Source of the DNA: an uncultured delta proteobacterium
GTDB lineage: Bacteria > Desulfobacterota > Binatia > UBA9968
Direction of reading: 5' to 3'
DNA length: 34,527 nucleotides
NCBI GenBank assembly: GCA_963847445.1
Contig: CAWJZV010000032.1
Location: 1-34,527, forward strand
Part shown: positions 9,343-18,200 of the stretch, piece by piece
Position numbering within the stretch: position 1 is the stretch's first letter
Layout: each line of letters begins with the position of its first letter
Made by a program: the position numbers and the translations under genes
Notes under the pieces: generated by a model
Told to the model about the DNA's origin: nothing
The model's database searches: none
Seen by the model: the letters and a program-made list of their open reading frames with translations, nothing else

Positions 9343-9390
9343 AAAATCCTTACAGGTAGTCAAATTGGATTTCGTTGGGAGCGATGCACG

Positions 9391-9454
9391 GTTTCGGGTT
9401 TCGAGTTCCGGGTTTGGCGTTAACCCGAGACTCGAGACGCGTAGACGCGAGACG
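9391..9454. repeat. Heptamer-period inverted tandem repeat
   Basis: GTTTCGG GTTTCGA GTTCCGG GTTT followed by complementary-type ACCCGAG ACTCGAG ACGCG units. Confidence 0.65.
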
Positions 9455-9457
9455 AAT

Positions 9458-10655
9458 TTAGTAGGAGTTCTTGTAAAGGTCGGGTTCCATGCGCGATTTG
9501 GCGCCGACTGCGGCGAGGGTTTCTTCGAACTCTTTGCGCAGGTACGGATCTTCCTCGTTATATGGGATCGCCGTGCCGCCGTCTTTCATGTCGATGGCGC
9601 CGTAGTCGATGCCCTTTTCACCGGGCTTGCCGCGATCGCGACCAGGGGCGTTGGGGCCGAACCAAGCGGTGAGACGCAGCGGCTCTTTGCTGGCGCCAAA
9701 GTGAGCGTGGAACCAATTGCCGCTCATTGGCGCGGCGCTGACCATGCCCACCGGTTCATAGTCCTGTCGTCTAATTTTTTCCGTCGTGCCTTTTTCCCAG
9801 GGATGGGTGCCCAATTCTGACGGCCAGGTGTAGGTATATCCTTTGCCGCTGAGGCAAATCAGCACGGCGGCGGAGCCATGGGCGTGGGCTTTCGAGTAGC
9901 GCCCGGTTTCATGCTGGCCGATCCACATGTAGAACTGCTGGCCGGCCATATGCGGTTCGATGCGCCGGTAACCCGGCGAGCGTCGGTTGTCCATGGGCAA
10001 CTCGCAAGCCATCACGTCCGGAATGATATTGGTCTGGCGCATGGCGAGACCGCGCAGCGGATCGGGTGTCACTTCTTCTTTGTACTTGTAGTAGTCGTCG
10101 CTCGGATCGAAACGATCTTTGAAGTGATAGGGGCAATTGAAAATAAAATCGTCGTTGCCGAAGTTATTCATAACGTTCGGCGCCGTAGTGCCGGCCAACA
10201 GAAGCGCCGGACTCGAGGTCGCATTGACGATGCGATGGGTGGCATTCATGGGGATGGCAAACATCGAGCCTTTTTGCCATTCGAAGGTGATCTTCTTCGG
10301 ATTGCCGTCGATCCAAACTTCCGTGGTGCCGCGGCCGTCGACGACGAGGTATTGTTCTTCGTACAAATGCTTTTCGGGATTCAACGCGCCGGCGCCGGGA
10401 ACCTCAACAACGTAGCAGCCCCACAAACCTTCGGTGCCGAGTAGCTGAATGAAGGTGCCGTTGCCGCCCATGCGCTTCCACGGCTTGCGCGGTAAATCCT
10501 GTACGCGGCGCACGCCGATGTCGCGATAGATCGGAATACCCTGCGACTCCATGTAGTTGTCGTAAGGCGTGTTGGGCCGGAGAAATTTCCCATAGCCCTG
10601 CCCGGGTCTTATTATCCGTCGGTTCCTGAAATGCTTGCTCAGCGGGATGATCCAT
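9458..10655 (-). CDS. Bicupin protein (gentisate 1,2-dioxygenase-like fold); one apparent frameshift near the 5' end
   Basis: Cupin motifs EKHLYEEQYLV.DGRG.T, FAIPMNATH, KAHAHG.AAV and NWFHAHF. A strong AAGGAGG RBS precedes ATG 10655 (MDHPAEQAFQE), which is out of frame with the main ORF until about 10600. Confidence 0.82.
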
Positions 10656-10910
10656 AATGCCTCCTTAGAAATGGGTGGTTGTTTGAATCTGCGACTTGGC
10701 ACGAGAAAAAAATGCTCAAGCAAGCCCAGGCGAATTACTCGATCAACTTATAGTCTAGCGAAATCGGAGTCAAATAGATCTGGCGAGGGATTGGGAGCAG
10801 AAAAAACTGCCGGACAATGACCTCGAATTTTAGCGGCTAAGCATATTTTCGATTGTCACTAGAGCGAGCTACATGGCAGGCAGACTCCAAATGTCGCCCA
10901 AGTCCATCGG

Positions 10911-11129
10911 TTAGGCCGAGTCAGTTTGTACGATACCTGGCAACTTACTCAGCGTGAGCTTTTTGAGATCTACTTTTAGGCTGGCATTATCGATGTCAAT
11001 TCCTACCAAATTGCCCGCGCTGTCGTAGTCGAGAACGACGCCTTCCGAAATCTCTCGGCTTTCGGCACTTGGGCGCTCCGAGAGATCGATATACAGCGAG
11101 TCCGTATCGGCGTAGTAGTTGACTTTCAT
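10911..11129 (-). CDS. DUF2283 family protein (putative antitoxin)
   Basis: MKVNYYADTDSLYIDL...GVVLDYD..GNLVGIDI signature; the stop codon lies within GCCTAAC, an attC R''-like box. Confidence 0.85.
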   Translation of the reverse strand: MKVNYYADTDSLYIDLSERPSAESREISEGVVLDYDSAGNLVGIDIDNASLKVDLKKLTLSKLPGIVQTDSA

Positions 11130-11271
11130 GGTGATGTGCTCAAACCAGCCGCCGCGGCCAACGTTCGCTGGCGAGTGTCGAAAGACAGTAACTCCACGTT
11201 TTGGCCTTAGCGGTATTTGTGTCAGGAACGTAGCACGAAACCAGAAAGCTGCTGTCGGCGTAATGGTTCAT
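11126..11271 (-). pseudogene. vapC: VapC/PIN toxin remnant with large internal deletion
   Basis: N-terminus MNHYADSSFLVSCYVPDTNTAKAKTW is joined out of frame to C-terminus ELLSFDTRQRTLAAAAGLSTSP*; only 146 nt; not in the ORF track. Confidence 0.7.
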
Positions 11272-11276
11272 CCCAA

Positions 11277-11501
11277 TCAAAACGCGGATTCGTCACGTTC
11301 CAAAAGGATGAGATTGGGCAGCACACGGTCACCGAAGATGCGTTTGGCCCGCGCTTCCACGTCTGGCCATTTCACCCGGCGGGTTGATTTCTTGGGACAT
11401 GCAGGGACGTGTTCCACCAGGGTCAGGACAGCCAGCACGAATTTTTCCCGCTCGCGGGCGGGCAAAGCTTTGAAATGTCGAAGGAGCTCTATTGCGCTCA
11501 T
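11277..11501 (-). CDS. Small putative antitoxin upstream of the vapC remnant
   Basis: 74-aa ORF MSAIELLRHFKALPAREREKF..., ending 5 nt before the PIN start. Confidence 0.6.
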   Translation of the reverse strand: MSAIELLRHFKALPAREREKFVLAVLTLVEHVPACPKKSTRRVKWPDVEARAKRIFGDRVLPNLILLERDESAF

Positions 11502-11639
11502 GTCTGAATCATAGCTACATCCAAGGAAAACGACAAGTCGGAGATGAGGGGCAACGAACCGGCAGATTCCGCCGCGCGTTGTCTCTGTGGGCATCTTCCG
11601 CGCGGTCTGTCCTTCGGCGGCGTTCATGCGATTGGCGAT

Positions 11640-11674
11640 CATGAATATCCCGCATTGACTGCGGGATATTCATG
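11640..11674. repeat. Perfect 15-bp inverted repeat
   Basis: CATGAATATCCCGCA-TTGAC-TGCGGGATATTCATG. Confidence 0.9.
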
Positions 11675-11821
11675 GAGGTAATCTCGGTAGGATTGATCGC
11701 AACGCCGATATTCGAGTGCGTCCGGACCGCTCTCGAATGCAGCCGCGTGGATGCACCCTCGGACCCCGTCCGTGCGGCTAGCCACGGGGGCTCTACAGTT
11801 TGTCACGGCGGAGTCGGTCAA

Positions 11822-12148
11822 CTAGTTCCATCTTGGACCTCGACTCGCCTTGTCTCCGTCTCGACCGATCCAGTATTCAGGTTTGCGCCGGTGATGCGCA
11901 AGCGCGATAACCCTCAACTCCTCGCCTTTTACGTAGTAGATGATGCTGTATGGAAATCGGCGTAGCGGAAACCGTCGCCGATCAGCCTTCCAAATCGCTG
12001 CGAGTTGCGGAAATTCGCAGAGCAATTCGAGCGCCCGCTCAAACTCGGCGATAAAAGCAAGGCCAAGCTCCGATCCACCTTCGCGCGCGTAGCGAACGGC
12101 GCCATCGAATAGCTCCCGATCCGCTTGGGAACTTACCGAGGGAATCAT
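11822..12148 (-). CDS. RelE/ParE family type II toxin
   Basis: A..EL..AVRY...G..F, RRFPLRRFPYSIIY and VIALAHHRRKPEYW; ATGA overlap with the upstream antitoxin. Confidence 0.9.
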   Translation of the reverse strand: MIPSVSSQADRELFDGAVRYAREGGSELGLAFIAEFERALELLCEFPQLAAIWKADRRRFPLRRFPYSIIYYVKGEELRVIALAHHRRKPEYWIGRDGDKASRGPRWN

Positions 12149-12369
12149 TTAATCGCGGCGCGCGCGCGTGCTATCGCTTCGGAAGCAGGGATCAGTTGGG
12201 TTTCACCGCTCTCAATTTCCCGGACACGCCGCTCGACCTCCGCGGCCCATGCCTCTTCAACCTCGTGGTCTCCGAAAAGGCTCGAGATCAAGCGGTCAGC
12301 TAGCTGTGCTCGCTCTTCAGCACTGAGTTTAAGTGCTTGTTCTTCAATCACCTCAAGCTGGCGCGACAT
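12145..12369 (-). CDS. Addiction-module antitoxin component
   Basis: EQALKLSAEERAQLADRLISSL...EEAWAAEVERR..EIESG signature; GGAGG RBS. Confidence 0.88.
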   Translation of the reverse strand: MSRQLEVIEEQALKLSAEERAQLADRLISSLFGDHEVEEAWAAEVERRVREIESGETQLIPASEAIARARAAIK

Positions 12370-12416
12370 ATACCCTCCGATACCGTGTGTGTTGGTAAAT
12401 CATACCCTCGACCGAG

Positions 12417-12471
12417 GCCCAACGTACAGCGTTTTATCCCCCAAAGCTTCGAAGCGATCAAGTCGCGGAGA
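12417..12471. repeat. Copy A of a 55-bp direct repeat (truncated IS91-end/att-like site)
   Basis: 50/55 identical to 13689-13743; ends in core GTTGGGC on the minus strand just upstream of the TA pair. Confidence 0.85.
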
Positions 12472-12488
12472 CACCGGGAAGTAGCCCC

Positions 12489-12605
12489 GCGAATATCATC
12501 GGCCAAATACCGCTGGATCAATTCGACTGGGTGGCGGACCCGCGGGGACGCAAGCTCATCCCGAACCCGGAGCACAAGCGCGGGGAAATGGCCGACGACT
12601 TTTGA
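12489..12605 (+). pseudogene. C-terminal fragment resembling clan AA (retropepsin-like) aspartyl protease
   Basis: ANIIGQIPLDQFDWVADPRGRKLIPNPEHKRGEMADDF*; no start codon; begins where repeat copy A diverges from copy B. Confidence 0.45.
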
Positions 12606-12703
12606 CCTTGTGGGTAACCGCGCAAAATCGCCGACGGCAGCCGCGGCATAGTGTTCATCAAGGCCGTCGTGAATTCATTCAAGAAGAACGCCGGTGCGGA
12701 TAT

Positions 12704-12780
12704 GGGGTCGCGTCCTGTATTACGACAATGTGTGATTGCAAGACTTGGCCCGGTTATCTGCGTTGAACCGCTGGTTAGAC
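12704..12780 (-). repeat. Partial attC (R'' and L'' half) abutting a REP-like imperfect palindrome
   Basis: Minus strand GTCTAAC-CAGCG-GTTCAACGCAGAT starts 4 nt after the stop of 12785..13189; next comes the GGGGTCGCGTCCTG...CAAGACTTGGCCC hairpin; no R' box found. Confidence 0.5.
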
Positions 12781-12784
12781 GGCA

Positions 12785-13189
12785 TTATTTGAGTACGGGA
12801 CATTTCTGCTTTCCCAAGGCCGCTGCGCGTATTTCTGCCTCAAGAACCGGCGTCGGTTTCCACCGACCTCCACTTACTACAAATCGGCTCTGAGCATCTA
12901 GCACCGTAGATCCGTTCGATCGCGTTTGTGGATGGACGGTGTCGAGTGCCGCTGCGGCTTGCCGCATAAGTGCGTCCGCATCGAGGACGCCTGTCTCGCT
13001 AAAGGTGAGCATGAAGAAGACCATCCGGATAACTTTGACAGGACGCCGGTGAGACTGCTCGACAACCGCTTCCGCGCCCCGCACGCGCTGTGTTGCGAAC
13101 TGCGGGATAGGATGGGCTGATGGATCGGAAAGCATGGCCGCGAATCTTGACCCCGAGAGGCGGAAAAGACGGTTTCCCTGATCAATCAT
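12785..13189 (-). CDS. Hypothetical protein (cassette-like gene)
   Basis: ORF MIDQGNRLFRL... lies between a complete attC upstream and an R'' box downstream. Confidence 0.65.
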   Translation of the reverse strand: MIDQGNRLFRLSGSRFAAMLSDPSAHPIPQFATQRVRGAEAVVEQSHRRPVKVIRMVFFMLTFSETGVLDADALMRQAAAALDTVHPQTRSNGSTVLDAQSRFVVSGGRWKPTPVLEAEIRAAALGKQKCPVLK

Positions 13190-13239
13190 GAATATTCGCG
13201 TCGAGAGGCTCACGGTAAGTCGGCTTGGCAATCTATGCC

Positions 13240-13326
13240 GTTCAACACGTTGCTCTGCGGCGGGCCGCCACGGTCAGAGAATATGGCATGGCGCTTCCGG
13301 CCGGTCCGCGGCAGCTAGAGTTAGGT
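13240..13326 (-). mobile_element. Integron attC site (87 bp)
   Basis: Minus strand R'' ACCTAAC overlapping the TAA stop, L''-like GCTGCCGCGGAC, L'-like GCCGCAGAGC, R' GTTGAAC. Confidence 0.75.
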
Positions 13327-13677
13327 GCGATTGCGTCCACGTGCCCCCTTTGGAGGTTGGGACAGAAACGCTACAGCCTCCCGGGTCTCCGGGGTAAAGG
13401 ACAGCAGTTCCTCCGCGCTCAGAAGGCCATAGGAATTGATGGCAGCAAGCTGCAATATTGCATTTGAACGTCGCGGGTCGTTGAACGCCCGCGCAAGTTC
13501 TTCGTCTCGGTTACCAATGAGTCTATAGATCTTCAAGTAGCGGTCGTGGTAGGAGACTCCGCCGGTTGACGCGATAGTTCCGATTTCGCCAAGTACGCGC
13601 TCGCAGAAGCGCGCGAGTGCAACCTCACGCAGCTTACGGAACGCCTTCCAGTCTGACTCTGGCAAATCGCGCGACAT
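13321..13677 (-). CDS. Hypothetical protein (gene cassette)
   Basis: MSRDLPESDWKAFRKLREVALARFCERVL...; GTTAGGC core 11 nt before the ATG; stop inside the attC R'' box. Confidence 0.75.
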   Translation of the reverse strand: MSRDLPESDWKAFRKLREVALARFCERVLGEIGTIASTGGVSYHDRYLKIYRLIGNRDEELARAFNDPRRSNAILQLAAINSYGLLSAEELLSFTPETREAVAFLSQPPKGARGRNRT

Positions 13678-13688
13678 CGTTGCTAAGC

Positions 13689-13783
13689 GCCTAACGTATA
13701 GCGTTTTATCCCCCAAAGCTTGAAAGCAATCAAGTCGCGGAGAGATCGGCGAAGTGGCAACGGCGGGATAAAACAAGTTGGAC
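13689..13783. mobile_element. attC-like palindromic terminus of the IS91-family remnant (repeat copy B)
   Basis: GCCTAAC-gtatagc-GTTTTATCCC...GGGATAAAAC-aa-GTTGGAC, about 30 nt from the transposase fragment stop. Confidence 0.6.
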
Positions 13784-13812
13784 TAAACCGCGGAGCAGCG
13801 CGTCAGTTGCGG

Positions 13813-14075
13813 CTATGGGGATTTGAAAGTGGCGGAGTTGCGCGGCGTGTGGGGCTTGGTTAGCGATAGTGTGGCATTGGGGAGACGGTTGAGATCGACT
13901 CTGGTGAGTTCTCGGAGCAAGTCTAACGCTGATTGCTTGGGGATTTGTGGCAAAGCCCGATCCAGTTTCAGCAGTATGCGGCACTGAGCCAGGGCCCGTT
14001 TCTTAGAGCGGTTGGCCAAAAAGCCGAAGTGACGGATGCGCATGAAGCCGTCACGTAAGACGTGGAGGAGGAAGC
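13813..14075 (-). pseudogene. IS91-family (Y2 rolling-circle) transposase, C-terminal fragment
   Basis: FLLHVLRDGFMRIRHFGFLANR matches the IS91 HVLPxGFxRIRHY/FGxLAN motif; the 5' portion is missing. Confidence 0.8.
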
Positions 14076-14157
14076 AGCACCTGTCTGGCGCGCCCGACAC
14101 CGGCTGGAATGGATCCCTCAGTATCGAGGGTCATCGATTTTAGCTGGTCTTGCTGTC

Positions 14158-14380
14158 TCAAGAGCTAAGAGCAGACTTGCCCCCATTTACTTGTCGATAT
14201 GCTTCTTGGCTGCCTTCATATACCGCCAGCTCCTCGTGTAGTCGGGCTATCATTTTCCGAATTCCTGCTTGGGTAATGCCTTTGGCTTGCGGTGCCGTCT
14301 GCTGTAGACGCAAAAGTCGCTTTTCAAGCTGGAGCAGCTCATCCTGAGCCTTTTGGTAATCATAGCATTGTGTTGATCAT
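14158..14380 (-). CDS. Small helical hypothetical protein, apparent frameshift just after the start
   Basis: GGAG RBS and ATG 14380; the main frame reads YQKAQDELLQLEKRLLRLQQ...GIRKMIARLHEELAVYEGSQE; not in the ORF track. Confidence 0.45.
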
Positions 14381-14518
14381 AACCGTAGCTCCCCGAGTCC
14401 TTTACGTCGACTATCCGATTCACGCGTTTGGCTAAAGAAAGTCACCCCGTCTTGCCAATCGTTGTCATCTCCAGGGCGTATGGCAATACGCTACGTTCGG
14501 AGTTCGACTTGAGATTAA

Positions 14519-14642
14519 CTTTGCGTTCCATGCGTTCTTTGCGGTCAACATTTCGAATCCGAATCTTCCACTCTGTGATCTCTGTGCCCTCTGTGGTGGA
14601 CACAATCTTTCTTTCGGATGGGCGAGCGCCGCTCGCCCCTAC
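14519..14642. repeat. Cluster of 9-mer-period repeats plus a GTAG-type REP
   Basis: TTGCGTTCCATGCGTTCTTTGCGG and CTCTGTGATCTCTGTGCCCTCTGTGGTG; minus-strand GTAGGGGCGAGCGGCGCTCGCCC at 14642-14620. Confidence 0.7.
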
Positions 14643-14655
14643 ACCGGACTTGGCG

Positions 14656-15247
14656 CTATTTCGTAAACGTCAGCCGCTTATAAACCTGCGCGCACCGATT
14701 CGACATCCCGTTTGCAGTATTCGATGATCTCGGGGAGTTTGCCGGCGCGGTAGTAGGGGTAGACTTTGGAGCCGTCGAGGTTTTCTTTGGGCGAGGGGAT
14801 GCCGAGGGCTTTCGATAGCGAATCGAGGCTGGCGTGTTCGCGGCCCCATTTGCTCCATTCTTGCATGGTGTCGTAGATCGGCGCGTTGCGGAAGCGGGTG
14901 AAGGGGATGTCGCGGCTGGGTTTGATCTGGTGGATCACCGAGCGCTGGTAGATGAAGCGCATGTCGAAGTCCAAGATGTTATGGCCGACGAAGAGATTGC
15001 AGTCGGGGACGATCTTCCAGAAGCCTTTGATGATGTCGGTCTCTTCGCCCTGCAAGACTTCGATAGTCCCGCTGACCGACGGCTCGAAGGCGTAGCACAG
15101 GCAAATAATTTTCGCCGTGGCGGCGGACAGGCTTAGTTTTTTGATGATCTCCGCTTCGTCAAGTTTGATTTGCTCGTCGAGCAAGCCGTTTTCCTGCAAG
15201 GCTTTGTCCGTCGGCACGGTTTCGATGTCGAAGTAAAATATTTTCAT
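14656..15247 (-). CDS. DEDD / PolB-like 3'-5' exonuclease (RNase H-like fold)
   Basis: FDIET, VGHNILDFD and EYCKRDV (ExoI-III motifs). The track ORF stops at 14678; a 1-nt shift restores QVYKRLTFTK* ending at 14656. Confidence 0.85.
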
Positions 15248-15279
15248 ATTTGCTCTATCCTGTGATTCGCCGCCGATAC

Positions 15280-18200
15280 TTAGAACAGCGTCAATTCTTC
15301 ATTGGCTTGCGTGCCGACTTCAATCGATTCGCCCAGGCGCAGAAAGATTAATTTAAACGCCGCCACTTGGCGCCCGAGGCCTTTTCTTGCCGCCTCGATA
15401 TAAATCTCCGCCTGCTGGCGATAGCGCTCGGCGCCGATGCGCAATTCATTTCGCTTAATTCTATCTGTCTTATAGTCGGCCAGGTAAAGCAAGCCGTTTT
15501 TCTCGTAGATGAGATCGATGACGCCTTCCATGATCTGATCCTGCCATGGCATGAGCAGCGGCACTTCGCGGCCGAGGATCTTGGCGCCGGCGAGTTCGCC
15601 GTAGGCTTTGGAGCGGAAATAATTAGCCAAAATTTCGTGCAGCTCGGTTTCGATCGCGGCGCGGTCGGAAGCGAACTCGGCGGGCAGAGCGCCGTCGATG
15701 AAAGCTGCGCAATTGCTCATCGAGATTCGCTGTCTCACCGCCGAACTGCCAGGTCTGCAAAAATCGGTGCGTCAGATCGCCGACCATCAGCGCCGGGGTT
15801 TTGCGCGGTGGTTGGGTGGTCAGTTTATCGCCGGCTTCGGTGCTCGCTTCTTCTTGGCGCTTGAGCAGCGTCGGGGTGAGAAACGGCGTCGTCTGTTGCG
15901 CCTTTTCATAGATCGCCGTCCGGCGCGCCCAGTTGTCGACGTAGGGTTTCCAGTTGGGCTTTTTCTTCGAGCGTTTGGCTTTGGCCGGCGCGTGGCTCGG
16001 CGCAATTAAATTCTGATGGACGACTTCGATCTCGACCATGCCTTTGCCGAGGGCGACGCGAGTGGACGATTCGGCAGCAGCGATGCTGTCGCCCAGCGTC
16101 GTGTCGAGCATGGCTTGAAAGCTCCCGCCGGAGCGGCGGTTGGCGGGGGCGCAGGAGATTACCAGATGTTCTCGCGCTCTCGTCATGGCGACGTAGAGCA
16201 GCCGTTTTTGTTCTTCGGCATTTCTCAAGCGGTTTTTCTCGGCGATGTAGAGGCCGGCGAGATCGGCGGTCTGGCCGATGCGCAGGCCGGTGAGGCCGGT
16301 GGACCAATCGAAGGTCGACTCGGCTTCGGCGCTATGGCGCCCTTCGGTGCCGGTCTGGCAGCCGGCCAGGATGACGATGGGGAACTCCAATCCTTTGGCC
16401 TTGTGGATGCTCATGATGCGCACGGCGTCGAGGTTTTCTTCGGCGAGCACGCTTTCGCCTTCGTCCTTGACGTCGAGGACGCGCTGTTCGAGCTGGCGGA
16501 TCGCTTGTTTGAGCGTGGTCAATCCCTCGCGGCCGAGCTGTTCGGCTTGCCGGCGCAGCTTGGCTAAGTTGGCCACCGCCTGTTCGCCGTGGAAATGGCA
16601 GGCGGCGAGCAGTTCCACCGGCAGGGTTGAAAATATTCGATCGACGGCGGTCACCGATAGTGAGTGTGCGGGTTTCCACGTTGAGTCGGGTCAGCGCCTG
16701 ATAGAGCTGGACCAGCGTTGCTGGAAATTCATCTGTCGTCGAGCTTGGTGCTGTCGCGATAGTCGAGCCGGTTTTGCCGGTGCAGCTGGTAAATCTGCAA
16801 GTCGGTGAGCCCGCCCAAGGGCGAACGCAGCACGCCGACGAGGGCCAAGCGGTCGTAGGGGTTCTCCACCGCGCGCAGTAGATTGACCGCGTCGATAATT
16901 TCTTTGGCGGCGTAGAAGTGGCGCTCGCCTTCGACCACGTAGCGGATGCCCTGGCGGCGAAACGGTTCCAGGTAGTCGTGGATGTCGGTCAGCTTGCGCA
17001 TCAGGATGGCGACGTCTTTCGGCTGGGCGTAGACGGTCTCGCCGCGCGGGTTGAGAATCTGCGCTTTACCCAACACAGACTCTTTCAACCAGCGCGCCAA
17101 GCTCTCGCCTTCGATGCGCCGGGCGGTTTCGGCATCGGTCTGCGTCGTCAGGCGGCGATGATTTTTCTGACCGAGAGTTTGGGCAGCGGGCCTGGTAAAC
17201 TTGCGCGGCCGGGCGCGGGTTGGATGGCGATGTAGGGCGGCTGTAACGCCTCTTGGGCTTGGATCAATTGTTCAAAGGCGCCGTTGACGACGTCGAGGAT
17301 CGCGCCGTCGCTGCGGAAGTTGGTGGTGAGCCGGCATTCGATGCCGTCCTGTGCCATGACAATTTTCTCGACCACTTCCAAATAGGCTTCGATGTCGGCG
17401 CGGCGGAAGGCATAGATCGATTGTTTCGGATCGCCGACGACGAATAGTTTGCCGGGTTCCAATTTGACTTTGCGCCACTCCGACACGCTCTGATTCGGCT
17501 GTTCGGCCAGATAGAGAAGAATCTCGTACTGGATCGGGTCGGTGTCCTGAAACTCGTCGATCAAGATCGTCCGGTAACGGCGCTTCAGGTCGGCGCGCAC
17601 GCGCTTGTGGTCGCGCACCAGGTTGCGCGCGCGCACGAGCAAGCCGTCGAATGAGATATGGCCGTCGCGCAGGAAGCGCTCGCGAAAGGCGCTGGCGTAG
17701 GGAACGAGCAAACGCCAGAGCAACGCGGTGAACTCGCCGTCGACGCCGGCCAGCCCTTTGGCGGCGCGGACTAGCTCTTGCGCCGCGGCGATATCTTCCG
17801 CGGACCAGCCCTTGAGACTGCGGCTGACCGATTTCTCCGCCAGGAGCGCGTAGCACTCGGCCAAGTCCGCCGAGCGCCGGCCGGACTTTTCAAACTCGTA
17901 GATCACCGCGTGGGCGGCGCGCACGAGTTTTTCGTTCATCCGGTCTTCGGGGTGGCGCGCGTCCAACGCCGCCGCCTGCGCGGCTAACTTGCCGAGCCAA
18001 TCGCGCAGCGGCGCGGCGATATCTTGCGCTGGCTCTCGTTCGAGTTCGACCGTTTCGGCGGCGAGGGATCTAGCGAGGGCTTTGATCTGATCGAGCTGGC
18101 AGCGCGCGAGGATCTTGCGCCAATCGTCGGCGCGGGGGCTCGCCAGCGCCAGTTCCTGATCGAGCCACGCGTCCCATTGCTCGTCGAACAGCCGGTCGAA

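Noticed and set aside
11700-11822. attC downstream of the RelE/ParE toxin
   Set aside because: No convincing RYYYAAC/GTTRRRY pair with complementary L boxes was found by eye.
12625-12700. Possible oxidoreductase C-terminal scrap (IADGSRGIVFIKAVVNSFKKNA)
   Set aside because: Too short to support without a database search.
12417-13743. 55-bp direct repeats as a CRISPR array
   Set aside because: Only two copies, 1.27 kb apart, separated by genes; no cas genes.
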